Of a stretch of DNA of 53,126 nucleotides, positions 19,543 to 28,225 are shown in pieces. The stretch is from a virus. Taxonomy: Duplodnaviria > Caudoviricetes. The stretch covers positions 1 to 53,126 of IMG/VR virus record IMGVR_UViG_3300023059_000274, one strand, 5' to 3'. The position numbers and the translations under genes are program-made. How positions within the stretch are numbered: position 1 is the first letter of the stretch; the number at the start of each line of letters is the position of its first letter. The notes beneath the pieces were generated by a model that ran no database searches, was not told the DNA's origin, and saw only the letters and a program-made list of their open reading frames with translations.

Positions 19543-20649
19543 ATGATAAATGTACAAGAATTAGTGCCGGAATTCCGTAGAGCAGATGCACAGGCTTATA
19601 TTACAACGTATCCATTCGATGCGTTACAATATCAAACTGCATTTCCATTGGAATTTCAGACAACATTAAAATGGACTGGTCTGGAGGCTCAGTTTGGTGC
19701 TAAAGTAATGGCAGCAGTAACTGATTTCAATAGTGCTGCACCTCGATTTGGTCGTAATACTCCAACTAAAGTTGAGGGTGATATGCCGAAAATTGAAATC
19801 GCACGGGATAAAGTTGAAACAGACTTTAACACATTGCGCGAGTTAGAAGATGCTGTACGAAGATTGCCGGCTGGCCCTACTCGTAGAGAGGCTGCACAAC
19901 GCATATTAGATTGGCATTATGAAGATCAAGTTTTTGCACGTAATGGTATTGAAGCTCGTAATGAGTGGTTGGCTAAACGTATTGCCTCAACTGGCGCATA
20001 TAAGCTAACACAAATCAATAACGAGCAAGGTGTACAAACTGTATCTGATGTAAGCTTCCAAATCCCTGTTGCCAACTTTTTAAACGCTGTTAAAGACTGG
20101 AGTGATCCAGATGCTGATATCATCGGTGATATAAGAAGAATTAAAGCAGCTGCAAGATTAGCAAATAAGCCGATTCCACAGTTTGCTTGGTGTGAGGACA
20201 CAACTGTTGAACTAATGGCTAAGAATGCGGGTGTTCAGAAGTTTTGTGCTACCTATATCACCACTGCATTAGGTTTGCAAAAGGAGCCTACTCTCAATGA
20301 CATTAATAGCTCTTTAAAAACTCAAGGCTTACCAATCTTTAAAATTTGGAAATCAGAAATGGTTCAAGAATCTAAAAGCGGTGAGCAAACTGTTGTTTCC
20401 GGATGGGAACCAGGACACGTTTCTTTCTCTGTAACTGAACAGTTAGGTAAAACTCAACACACAACTTCTGCTGATGAATATGTTCAAGCAGGTGTTGCAA
20501 CCAAAACCAAATCAGGTATTGTCTTGATAAAAACTTGGGGAATCGAGGATCCTATTACTGTAGTTACAAAAGGTACCGCGTACTGTACTCCAGTATTATT
20601 CAATGCGAAAGCGACATTCATTCTTAAAACAATTTTACCAGGTGGGTAG
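19543..20649 (+). CDS. Major capsid protein (lambda gpE-like)
   Basis: 368 aa; GDMPKI, WSDPDADIIGDI; synteny. Confidence 0.88.
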   Translation: MINVQELVPEFRRADAQAYITTYPFDALQYQTAFPLEFQTTLKWTGLEAQFGAKVMAAVTDFNSAAPRFGRNTPTKVEGDMPKIEIARDKVETDFNTLRELEDAVRRLPAGPTRREAAQRILDWHYEDQVFARNGIEARNEWLAKRIASTGAYKLTQINNEQGVQTVSDVSFQIPVANFLNAVKDWSDPDADIIGDIRRIKAAARLANKPIPQFAWCEDTTVELMAKNAGVQKFCATYITTALGLQKEPTLNDINSSLKTQGLPIFKIWKSEMVQESKSGEQTVVSGWEPGHVSFSVTEQLGKTQHTTSADEYVQAGVATKTKSGIVLIKTWGIEDPITVVTKGTAYCTPVLFNAKATFILKTILPGG

Positions 20650-21154
20650 TGAAAACAAAACAGAGAAAGCCGGAGCAACTACTCCGGCATCTTCTCCTAA
20701 AGTAGGAGGAGCTCAATCTTCAGATCAATCACAGTTGGATCTTAACGCGAATGCTAATGCTTCAGCTGAAGATATTAAAAAACTTCAAGGTGAATTGGAT
20801 GCTAAAGACAGTGAAATTATTTCATTGAAGGACGATTTGAAAGCAAAGACTGATCAAATTGCTGCTTTAGAAACAGAGCATCTGGCATTCAAGGATAAGT
20901 TGAAACCTGAAATCGAAAAGATTCAAGCTGAAAACAAAGATCTTAAAGGCCAAATCGGGAAGCTTCAAGGTGAATTGGTAAAAGCAGGTGGGAAAGCTAA
21001 AACAGTAAAATCTGAGAAGAAATTTACTGTTATCAGTGCTTTCCGTGATAACCAAGGTGGTGAAGGTATTTTCAACATTGGTGATGATGTATCTCATTTG
21101 GATGCTGAACGTCTGGAAAACCTTGTTAGTCGTGAATTAGTTCAGAAAGGATAA
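20642..21154 (+). CDS. Coiled-coil head-associated protein; either a separate gene (GTG 20642 or ATG 20603) or a +1 frameshift extension of the capsid
   Basis: ORF in the +1 frame overlapping the capsid stop GGG-TAG; linker, coiled coil and small C-terminal domain. Confidence 0.7.
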   Translation: MGSENKTEKAGATTPASSPKVGGAQSSDQSQLDLNANANASAEDIKKLQGELDAKDSEIISLKDDLKAKTDQIAALETEHLAFKDKLKPEIEKIQAENKDLKGQIGKLQGELVKAGGKAKTVKSEKKFTVISAFRDNQGGEGIFNIGDDVSHLDAERLENLVSRELVQKG

Positions 21155-21157
21155 GTT

Positions 21158-21493
21158 ATGACGAATAGAGAGGCACTGCTGAGCAAAATTAACATTCCCG
21201 TCAAGCCTGGATCCGTAACGACGGTCTTATTGGAGCAAAATATTATTCCTGATGAGGAATATACTCCACAAAATGAAGAAAGCAGGAAAGGGGTTGATCT
21301 TGCTTTAGCAGCGCTAATCTTCGTTGTAGCACTTTCACCAGATTCTGTCAAGGAATTAGACTTTCTGCTTACTCAACGTAGCATTGATGGTCTTCTAAAG
21401 CTTCGTAAAGCGCTACTTAAAAAATGGGGAGTGCCTGATGAAATGGAAGAAGATGATACCCCAACTATTACAAGCGTTTCCGACTTATGGTAG
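21158..21493 (+). CDS. Head-tail connector / adaptor protein
   Basis: MTNREAL...SDLW; synteny. Confidence 0.65.
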   Translation: MTNREALLSKINIPVKPGSVTTVLLEQNIIPDEEYTPQNEESRKGVDLALAALIFVVALSPDSVKELDFLLTQRSIDGLLKLRKALLKKWGVPDEMEEDDTPTITSVSDLW

Positions 21494-21771
21494 AAAATCA
21501 ATATCCGGATACTTTAACCTATGAGCACCAAAACGGCAATGAAGTGACTGTTGAATGTCGATTTGTTCCTGTTCGTGGTACGTCGTTTTTTAGAAAACAA
21601 GATGGTACTGAGGTTCAATATAGTTTTGATATCGCTTTTCCTTACGGTACTGAACCTATTTTATCAGGAATTGAGGTAACAGGTAAGGATATGTCTGGAG
21701 CCTACATAGTTTATCAGCAAGAATTGATTTGGTTTCATCAAGGACAAATGCACTGTAGAGGGAAGATGTAA
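21487..21771 (+). CDS. Head closure / stopper protein
   Basis: 94 aa beta-rich; synteny. Confidence 0.55.
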   Translation: MVENQYPDTLTYEHQNGNEVTVECRFVPVRGTSFFRKQDGTEVQYSFDIAFPYGTEPILSGIEVTGKDMSGAYIVYQQELIWFHQGQMHCRGKM

Positions 21772-22226
21772 TGAAAATAGAACTTGAAATAACGACCAAC
21801 ATGAATGCTTTGGCGCTAGAGGTTCAACGTGAGATTGATAAGGAAGTCATACAGCATTTATCTAAAGTCCTGGAACGCGGTGTTGAATTGGTACGAAATA
21901 AGATCACAAATGGAAAAGCCTATGATGATCATACTGGCAATCTAAGAAGCTCGACAGGTTTCATTATCTACAAGGATGGTAAAGTCGTTCATACAAGTTT
22001 CAAAGAAAGTCCGGTTGGAACAGATAGGGTAACAGGAGTGAAGGAAGGATTGCAAGTGGCGCTTGATGTATTGAGGGAGTCAACGGGATGGGGAGTAGTT
22101 CTTGTTTCAGGCATGGAGTATTCTAGTTGGGTTGAGAGTAGGGGATTTGATGTCTTGAAAGGTGCTTATATCAATTTAGATAGCGCATTGAAACAAGCAT
22201 TTGATGAGATCGGATCAATTCAATAG
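21771..22226 (+). CDS. HK97 gp10-like tail completion protein
   Basis: YDDHTGNLRSS...GMEYSSWVESRGFDVL. Confidence 0.8.
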   Translation: MKIELEITTNMNALALEVQREIDKEVIQHLSKVLERGVELVRNKITNGKAYDDHTGNLRSSTGFIIYKDGKVVHTSFKESPVGTDRVTGVKEGLQVALDVLRESTGWGVVLVSGMEYSSWVESRGFDVLKGAYINLDSALKQAFDEIGSIQ

Positions 22227-22229
22227 GAT

Positions 22230-22676
22230 ATGGCAACTAAAGTATTTAAAACAGCTGTTCAAGCGATGGAGGATATTAAAGCGGTAATTGAAATGGCAGA
22301 TGTCATAACCAATACTTCTTTAACCGGTGAGCTTAGGATCATGAACAGAAGACTTAATTCTGATAAAGAAGATATAGTCATTAATACCATAGTAGCAAGT
22401 GCTGAGCAGATTACTGAGGGTTACTTCAATTTAAATACTCACGTTCCCAATCTTAAAAATCAAGTTGCGGCAAATCCAACCGCAACTGATACTACTCAAC
22501 CGAATATTGCGCGGATGAATGAAATAGGATCGGTTTTAATGGAGGTTATTGACGATTACAGAGGTTTTGATTTTATCCTTCAACTTGATAGTGGTGGTGA
22601 GGTAATTCCCGATGGAAAGAACTGGTATTTCAACTTCAAAGTAAAATATACCTACTTACGTAGGGACAAAAATTAA
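22230..22676 (+). CDS. Tail terminator protein
   Basis: 148 aa immediately before the major tail gene. Confidence 0.6.
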   Translation: MATKVFKTAVQAMEDIKAVIEMADVITNTSLTGELRIMNRRLNSDKEDIVINTIVASAEQITEGYFNLNTHVPNLKNQVAANPTATDTTQPNIARMNEIGSVLMEVIDDYRGFDFILQLDSGGEVIPDGKNWYFNFKVKYTYLRRDKN

Positions 22677-22721
22677 TAAAAGTATTAACATGGCAGTGCA
22701 GGCCACAAATCATAAAATATT

Positions 22722-23261
22722 ATGGCAGCTGTAACAGGTGTTGAAAGTATTGAGTTAGCTCCAATCGGATTGAATGGGGCCATGCCAACCACAGGCTGGA
22801 AAAAGATTGTTGATATCGAGATGGACTCGGTTAACATGACCATTCCACCTTTAGAAAAAGTTCGTTTCCGAGTAGAAGATAAATCCGGTGTTCGTTGGGT
22901 ATTACCTGGCGAAACAGATCCACCAACATTTGCAGCAAACTCTTTGGATATGTCCATTGACAACGCGAACTTATTGTTTAAAGGTGAAGTTACAACCGCA
23001 GCAACTGAGTTCAAAGCACCGATCAATGATGAAATTCATTATTTGGCTATTCGTTTCACTTCAAAACCATTTGAAGGAAAGAAATTCGTTTTGGAAATTC
23101 CAGTTGCAGCAATCTCAACAGGTATTGTAAATAACTTTACGAAATCAGGCTTTGTTGCTTTGAGTTTAAGCGGTGACGCAACAACTCCTTCAGACGCAAC
23201 AGGTGCTGCAGTCCCAGCGTTTGGATTCAAATATGTTGATGTAACCCTTCCAGAAGGATAA
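22722..23261 (+). CDS. Major tail tube protein
   Basis: 179 aa beta-rich; synteny before the chaperone. Confidence 0.75.
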   Translation: MAAVTGVESIELAPIGLNGAMPTTGWKKIVDIEMDSVNMTIPPLEKVRFRVEDKSGVRWVLPGETDPPTFAANSLDMSIDNANLLFKGEVTTAATEFKAPINDEIHYLAIRFTSKPFEGKKFVLEIPVAAISTGIVNNFTKSGFVALSLSGDATTPSDATGAAVPAFGFKYVDVTLPEG

Positions 23262-23276
23262 TAACAATCTTAAACG

Positions 23277-23316
23277 AGCCTGAAAGCCGAGGTTAGGCGG
23301 TAAGTAGGGCTTTTTT
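23277..23316 (+). terminator. Terminator-like hairpin with internal GAA/AGUA loop
   Basis: AGCCT-GAAA-GCCG...CGGT-AAGTAG-GGCT-TTTTT. Confidence 0.55.
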
Positions 23317-23327
23317 ACCCTAACCAC

Positions 23328-23846
23328 ATGATCACAGAAAATACAGAATCGGCTAATCCAGTTGGCCAAGAAATTGTTGATACCATCACCGATCGTAAAC
23401 AATTCGTTAAAAAGGTTAAGATCGATTATGTTAAGAAATGGCATAAACTACTGTCTTTCCTCTTTATACTTCCAAGATTCAAGAAGATTTATTTAGCAGA
23501 TCCTTTTCCTGGTACCGTCTACCGGTTACTTGGAACTTTGATTGATTTGAAAACAACTAAGGATGAACAAGACACAGAGGATCTAGGTTTATATAAGATC
23601 ATTCGAGCCAACATTCCTATTTTAATCAGCTTTATAGCTATTGGAATTCATAATAGATCATCTGTGCCACCTCGATGGCTTTACCTTGCTTTAAATAATC
23701 AATTTTCAATTAAAGAATTAGAAAGCCTTTCATTTGACATCTACCGGAGGTTAGATGTAGAGACTTTTTTCGGCATTACGGCATCACTCAGAAAAGTTCA
23801 GGATCTAAACCTCAGCCTGGAGCCCGAAGTCCGTGGGGATTCGTAG
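23328..23846 (+). CDS. Tail assembly chaperone (gpG analogue)
   Basis: After the major tail gene; contains slippery T TTT TTC at 23765-23771. Confidence 0.8.
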   Translation: MITENTESANPVGQEIVDTITDRKQFVKKVKIDYVKKWHKLLSFLFILPRFKKIYLADPFPGTVYRLLGTLIDLKTTKDEQDTEDLGLYKIIRANIPILISFIAIGIHNRSSVPPRWLYLALNNQFSIKELESLSFDIYRRLDVETFFGITASLRKVQDLNLSLEPEVRGDS

Positions 23847-24055
23847 CAAGTATATGTAAATACTACCGATGGAGTGAGCACGATGTAAAGTGGAAAGTCT
23901 CATGGCGCAATCTGATTATGTATAATGCAGTCATTCCAGAAGTATCAACAGAATCATCTTCAGAAGGTGGAAGCTCATCTAATAATAAAAGTGTAAGTGG
24001 ATCAATGTCCTTCTTTGATGTTGGTAAGAGACTACAAGAAGGTAAAGGTGTTTAA
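23328..24055 (+). CDS. Tail assembly chaperone, -1 frameshift product (gpGT analogue)
   Basis: The -1 frame is open from 23765 to TAA at 24053-24055: ...SPWGFVASICKYYRWSEHDVKWKVSWRNLIMYNAVIP... Confidence 0.8.
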
Positions 24056-24057
24056 AA

Positions 24058-24552
24058 ATGAAAGGTTGGGGTACAGCATTAATCAAAGACGTTAGGTCAC
24101 GCGGTTACGTAGAGGTCAAAGGCGTGCTGTATCCTCCAAATTCAGAACAAGCCTTATCAATGCCAGCAAAACGAAAGAAACGTTCCAAAAGGATTAAAAC
24201 AGGGTGGATTGATGATAGCCGTAATATCAAAAACAAAGACAAATATAAGGATCCATTTATCCAGCTTGTAGAGCAGGAGCTAGGAATCGAGGTCTGGCCC
24301 GAGTTTTATTTTTCTACTGATCGTCTGTTTCGAATTGATTATGCTATTCCTGAGTATAAGATCGCGATCGAGCAGGAGGGTGGCATTTGGATGAAAGGAA
24401 ATAGCGGTCATTCCTCTGGTACCGGAATCGCTCGAGATATGGAAAAGAATAATTTACTTGTTGAACAAGGTTGGAGACTGATACGTAGACAGCCATCAGA
24501 AATGTTGACTATGAAAACGATGGATATCATTAAAAGTATCTTGATTTTTTAA
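24058..24552 (+). CDS. PD-(D/E)XK endonuclease (Vsr / DUF559-like)
   Basis: EFYF...FRIDYA...IAIEQEGG...H...RDMEKNN...GWRLIR. Confidence 0.8.
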   Translation: MKGWGTALIKDVRSRGYVEVKGVLYPPNSEQALSMPAKRKKRSKRIKTGWIDDSRNIKNKDKYKDPFIQLVEQELGIEVWPEFYFSTDRLFRIDYAIPEYKIAIEQEGGIWMKGNSGHSSGTGIARDMEKNNLLVEQGWRLIRRQPSEMLTMKTMDIIKSILIF

Positions 24553-24600
24553 ATCTAGTTTCTTTATTGTATCTTGAATATATTTTAAACCGAATTTCTT

Positions 24601-25014
24601 ATGAAAATAATTTACATACTTATCGCTTCTTGTGCTTTAGTAGGTTGTCAGAAATCCAATGAAGATATAGCCAAGGGCTTAATTAATGATTACATTAAAG
24701 CATCAGCGAATGATCCCGAGAGCTATGAACCTGTTGAATTTGATAAGCTGGATACACTTAAAACTTTTTACGCCTATAGTAAAGAGTATTTAGAAAATAA
24801 AGAAAAGTATGACGATAAATTTAGAAATTATGAAGACTATAATACTATCAGAGATAGTTTAAAAAAGTCTTTTGTTCCCGAATTTACAGGTTTTATGATG
24901 AGACATAAATTCAGGGCTAAAAATGGATTTGGTGCGAAGATTTTAAACTCCAAAGTCTTTTACTTTGATAAAGAATTAAGTAAAGTTGATAGCTTGGCAG
25001 ATACTTTGGATTAA
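24601..25014 (+). CDS. Lipoprotein (moron)
   Basis: Lipobox LVGC; NDPESYE and FRAKNGFGA motifs. Confidence 0.8.
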   Translation: MKIIYILIASCALVGCQKSNEDIAKGLINDYIKASANDPESYEPVEFDKLDTLKTFYAYSKEYLENKEKYDDKFRNYEDYNTIRDSLKKSFVPEFTGFMMRHKFRAKNGFGAKILNSKVFYFDKELSKVDSLADTLD

Positions 25015-25048
25015 AAAAAAGCCTTACAATAATTTGTAAGGCTTTTTT
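25015..25048. terminator. Bidirectional terminator
   Basis: AAAAAAGCCTTACAA / TTGTAAGGCTTTTTT. Confidence 0.85.
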
Positions 25049-25161
25049 ATTACCAATCATTACTGCTATCCTGCTTTAAATCCAGATATAGCTTTTGGAT
25101 TAGTTCATTTGTAACTTCATTTATCTTCTGGTTGCCACTTTCTTTATGGACCCTTCCTTTA

Positions 25162-26082
25162 TCATTTAACTAATTCACCTGTGGTCTTTCTTACATTGAA
25201 AGTGCCAGTTTCTGTATAATCTTGAAGATCACCCTTCGCATCATATTTTTTACCCTTTGCGGAATATGATATAATAGCGTTTTCTTTATCATCAGAAATT
25301 TTTAATTCTACATTTTGTGTTTCTCCAGTTTTTGGTGTCCAATTCAAAATCGAAAACGACTTAGTCCAATTTGTTGTTGTTTGACCAAATGGAGTATGAA
25401 TATTAAGGTTGCTAAGATATATTTTAGAATCACCTCCTACTGAAGCTTTAATTACCTGGTCTTTATTTATAATAACATAATTTTCACCTTCAACTACACT
25501 TGTATAACTTGATATTGTATTTAACAATTCTCCTTTGTGTGAATACAATCTAAGTTTACTCCCAGATATAAAAGAAATTACTTCGTAAGATTTACTTAGT
25601 CTCACAAGTTTTTCCATGTCGGCATCATTATCCCTAATCGGGTATACTGTTCCGTCAACAACATTGATAATGATTAAATGACCAGAATTAACAATGTCAG
25701 AATCACTAATTAGTGAAAAGTAAAATAAGTCATCAAATCCCTTTACTGTAGATACGATTAACTTTTTATATTTCCCTTTCGCTCCTACTTCTAACTGTTT
25801 TGATAATTTTGCAACAACTTTATTCTCTGGAGATACTAGAGAGAACAAATATCTGTCATTGTTAATACCGCCAATCATGTAATTTCCTTCGTTCGGTAAC
25901 CTGTTAAACCCTATTATTGGATAATCCTTCATTTCAGGTAATGCCTTTTCAAGTTTCGCGAGCAATATCTGTTCAGGCGTTTTAGTTTCTTCTATCTGCT
26001 TAATCGGATCATCCGATGAGCTTTTACTGCAACCGGACAATGCTAATGATGCAACAAATAAAACTGGTAATATTCTTTTCAT
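25162..26082 (-). CDS. Surface lipoprotein (moron)
   Basis: Signal peptide II LSGC followed by SKSSSDD. Confidence 0.8.
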   Translation of the reverse strand: MKRILPVLFVASLALSGCSKSSSDDPIKQIEETKTPEQILLAKLEKALPEMKDYPIIGFNRLPNEGNYMIGGINNDRYLFSLVSPENKVVAKLSKQLEVGAKGKYKKLIVSTVKGFDDLFYFSLISDSDIVNSGHLIIINVVDGTVYPIRDNDADMEKLVRLSKSYEVISFISGSKLRLYSHKGELLNTISSYTSVVEGENYVIINKDQVIKASVGGDSKIYLSNLNIHTPFGQTTTNWTKSFSILNWTPKTGETQNVELKISDDKENAIISYSAKGKKYDAKGDLQDYTETGTFNVRKTTGELVK

Positions 26083-26143
26083 AATGTGTGTATGTTAACA
26101 CAAACTTAAGAAAAATAACGCTTAATATTCAAAATATAATTCG

Positions 26144-26812
26144 TTAGAAGAAATCTTTAAGAAATTTAAGTGATGGTGCATACCCAGTTATAATGGTAAC
26201 AATTCCACTTACAGCAGCAATCACTGAAAATATAGCTGAGATAATTTTTATCAATCCACTATTTTTTATTGATATCATCGCTGGCGACTTTATTAATCCA
26301 AAAAAATGTAACAACGTAAATGGAGATGAAACAATTTCCCTCATTCCCTCTCTAAACCAAATTAATGGATTCCATATATCTTTTGATGCATAATCCATTT
26401 GCTCAATTTTTACGCCTATAAATCGTAAAAGACAGTCTTGGGAAGAATTTATATCGAACTGATCTAATGTTCGATCTCTAAATTTAGGAAGGGTATTTAA
26501 TAATAATGAATAATTTGAAACTTGTAATCCTCTATTAAAATAATGAGTTTCACCCATTTTCCCCATTATCCAAGTTATTTTATTAACATGTAGTGTTAAC
26601 CAAATATATAACTCACGGTCATATATTGGGCTTTGGTTTCTATTATATATATTCTCATCATAACTATTACACAACTGAACAAATTTATCAAGGTATTTCT
26701 CGGTAAATTTTATTTTCTTAGACAGTGTGAAATATTGTTTTAATACATTATATATACCTATAGATAGTATTATTGTAAAAACTATAATAATTTGATAATA
26801 AGAAAAGGTCAT
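26144..26812 (-). CDS. Membrane protein (moron)
   Basis: N- and C-terminal hydrophobic helices; very AT-rich. Confidence 0.75.
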   Translation of the reverse strand: MTFSYYQIIIVFTIILSIGIYNVLKQYFTLSKKIKFTEKYLDKFVQLCNSYDENIYNRNQSPIYDRELYIWLTLHVNKITWIMGKMGETHYFNRGLQVSNYSLLLNTLPKFRDRTLDQFDINSSQDCLLRFIGVKIEQMDYASKDIWNPLIWFREGMREIVSSPFTLLHFFGLIKSPAMISIKNSGLIKIISAIFSVIAAVSGIVTIITGYAPSLKFLKDFF

Positions 26813-26913
26813 CGTATTTTATATTTTTTCTAATATAATTAATTTTAATATTAAAAAATATATAATTAGACTTCTTTATCTAAACAATTACTTACTCGAA
26901 AAATAACGCTGTA

Positions 26914-27279
26914 TTATTCCCAAAAACTCACATCCAGTTCTTCTCCTGTAAGTTCGTAATATAGATTTTGAAGTTGGTGTACGAATTGGATATTTATACC
27001 CGTGGATTTATCATAAAATACATTACTGCATTGTCTATATCCAATTAATCTATTATTTAATAAAAGAGATTGACCATCTGGGAACTTTGTAGCTCCTAAC
27101 TTCATTAATAGTTCTTCATTTATAATTATAGGCTCTAAATCCATGTAATCACATTTTATGCCGTCACCTATTAAAAGGCGACTTGGTGTAAGTGAATGGA
27201 TCTGACCATAATGATTAACATTCGCAACGCTAAGTATAACTAAATTCCCTATTCTTAAATCTTGTGGTTTCATAATCAT
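26914..27279 (-). CDS. Hypothetical phage protein
   Basis: DLRIGN...VHQLQNLYYELTGEEL pattern recurrent in Bacteroidota phages. Confidence 0.8.
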   Translation of the reverse strand: MIMKPQDLRIGNLVILSVANVNHYGQIHSLTPSRLLIGDGIKCDYMDLEPIIINEELLMKLGATKFPDGQSLLLNNRLIGYRQCSNVFYDKSTGINIQFVHQLQNLYYELTGEELDVSFWE

Positions 27280-27306
27280 GTTTTAAAGTTTCGTTATAAT
27301 CCAGGT

Positions 27307-27348
27307 AAATAAATAAGCCGTGGGAAAACGGGGAGAGTCCCCACGGCT
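27307..27348 (-). terminator. GC-rich hairpin closing the RNA operon
   Basis: AGCCGTGGG (27316-27324) / CCCACGGCT (27340-27348) followed on the minus strand by TATTTATTT. Confidence 0.6.
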
Positions 27349-27377
27349 AAACCAATTATAAACCTAAAATTATGAAG

Positions 27378-27530
27378 TGAGGGCAACAGGATTTGAACCT
27401 GTATTCATGCGCATGATTTACCGAAAAAAGAACCTACTCGTGCCAAATACCTGCTCTGTTTTACTAGTACCAGTCAGATCGACTTAATCTTGTAATTTCA
27501 GTAAGCGTCTACCAATTTCGCCACGCCCTC
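27378..27530 (-). ncRNA. tRNA-like RNA 1 (Leu-type body, anticodon loop replaced by ~70 nt)
   Basis: Acceptor GAGGGCG/TGCCCTC+A; D arm GCG-AAATTGGTAGA-CGC; stem TTACTGAAA/TTTCGGTAA; variable arm TCATG-CG-CATGA; T arm ACAGG-TTCAAAT-CCTGT. Confidence 0.85.
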
Positions 27531-27615
27531 ATTTTGCTCGTCTTTCCGAGCTGTCATTGAGTTTATCCACCTGACGCTAACCTATTCTCACAAGTCAATT
27601 AGCACCCTTAGTTTG

Positions 27616-27687
27616 CATGAGTGGAAGGAATCGAACCTTTGTATGGCGGTTTTGGAGACCGATGCCTTACCGCTTGGCTACACTCAA
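27616..27687 (-). tRNA. tRNA-Trp (CCA); no encoded CCA end, a few terminal stem mismatches
   Basis: TTGAGTG TA GCC AAGCGGTAA GGC A TCGGT CT-CCA-AA ACCGC CATAC AAAGG TTCGATT CCTTC CACTCAT G. Confidence 0.8.
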
Positions 27688-27695
27688 GTTTTGCC

Positions 27696-27794
27696 TTACT
27701 TACCCTTTAAATATTTGATAAGCTCTTTGTAGATCACTATTCCAATTGGAACAACAATCACGATAAAAATTATAAATGCAATCGTTGCCCTCAT
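27696..27794 (-). CDS. Small single-TM peptide (32 aa), not in the ORF track
   Basis: MRATIAFIIFIVIVVPIGIVIYKELIKYLKGK*; TAATG coupling to the upstream gene. Confidence 0.65.
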   Translation of the reverse strand: MRATIAFIIFIVIVVPIGIVIYKELIKYLKGK

Positions 27795-28198
27795 TACCTT
27801 CGCTCAATTATTGGGAGACCTGCCTCAGTCGGGATGTATATCTTTTCACCTTTTGAACCTCTAATGGCATCAATTTGAAGATATCGCAAGTACTCGCTAT
27901 TCCCTTTTAAGCTTTCACCAATAATTTTATTGGCCTCCGCAACTCCTTTTGCTCGTTCGATCTCAGCCTGAGCTTCTGCTTTTGCAATGGTAATCTTTGC
28001 TTGAGCTTGTAAGGTTGCTGATTCGTTTTCAGCTTTCGCAGTTTCAATTGCTGCTTTCTTTGAATTCTCAGCTTCTGCTAGGACCATCTTACCATTGTTT
28101 TCGGCATCTTTTAAATTTTGATTCCGATTGAAGTCATAGCAAGATGTTACTGAGAATAGCATTGCACCGAGTGCTAATAATAAACCTACTTTTTTCAT
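27794..28198 (-). CDS. SPFH / prohibitin-type coiled-coil lipoprotein lacking the band-7 core
   Basis: Lipobox VTSC; AEAQAEIERAKGVAEANKIIGESL...YLRYL...IYIPTEAGLPI. Confidence 0.8.
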   Translation of the reverse strand: MKKVGLLLALGAMLFSVTSCYDFNRNQNLKDAENNGKMVLAEAENSKKAAIETAKAENESATLQAQAKITIAKAEAQAEIERAKGVAEANKIIGESLKGNSEYLRYLQIDAIRGSKGEKIYIPTEAGLPIIERR

Positions 28199-28225
28199 GA
28201 TTTTAAAGAACATTAGTTAATAAAG

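Noticed and set aside
27531-27615. HDV-like (theta) ribozyme in the tRNA-Trp trailer
   Set aside because: I could not build the nested double pseudoknot by eye. It needs a motif search before any claim.
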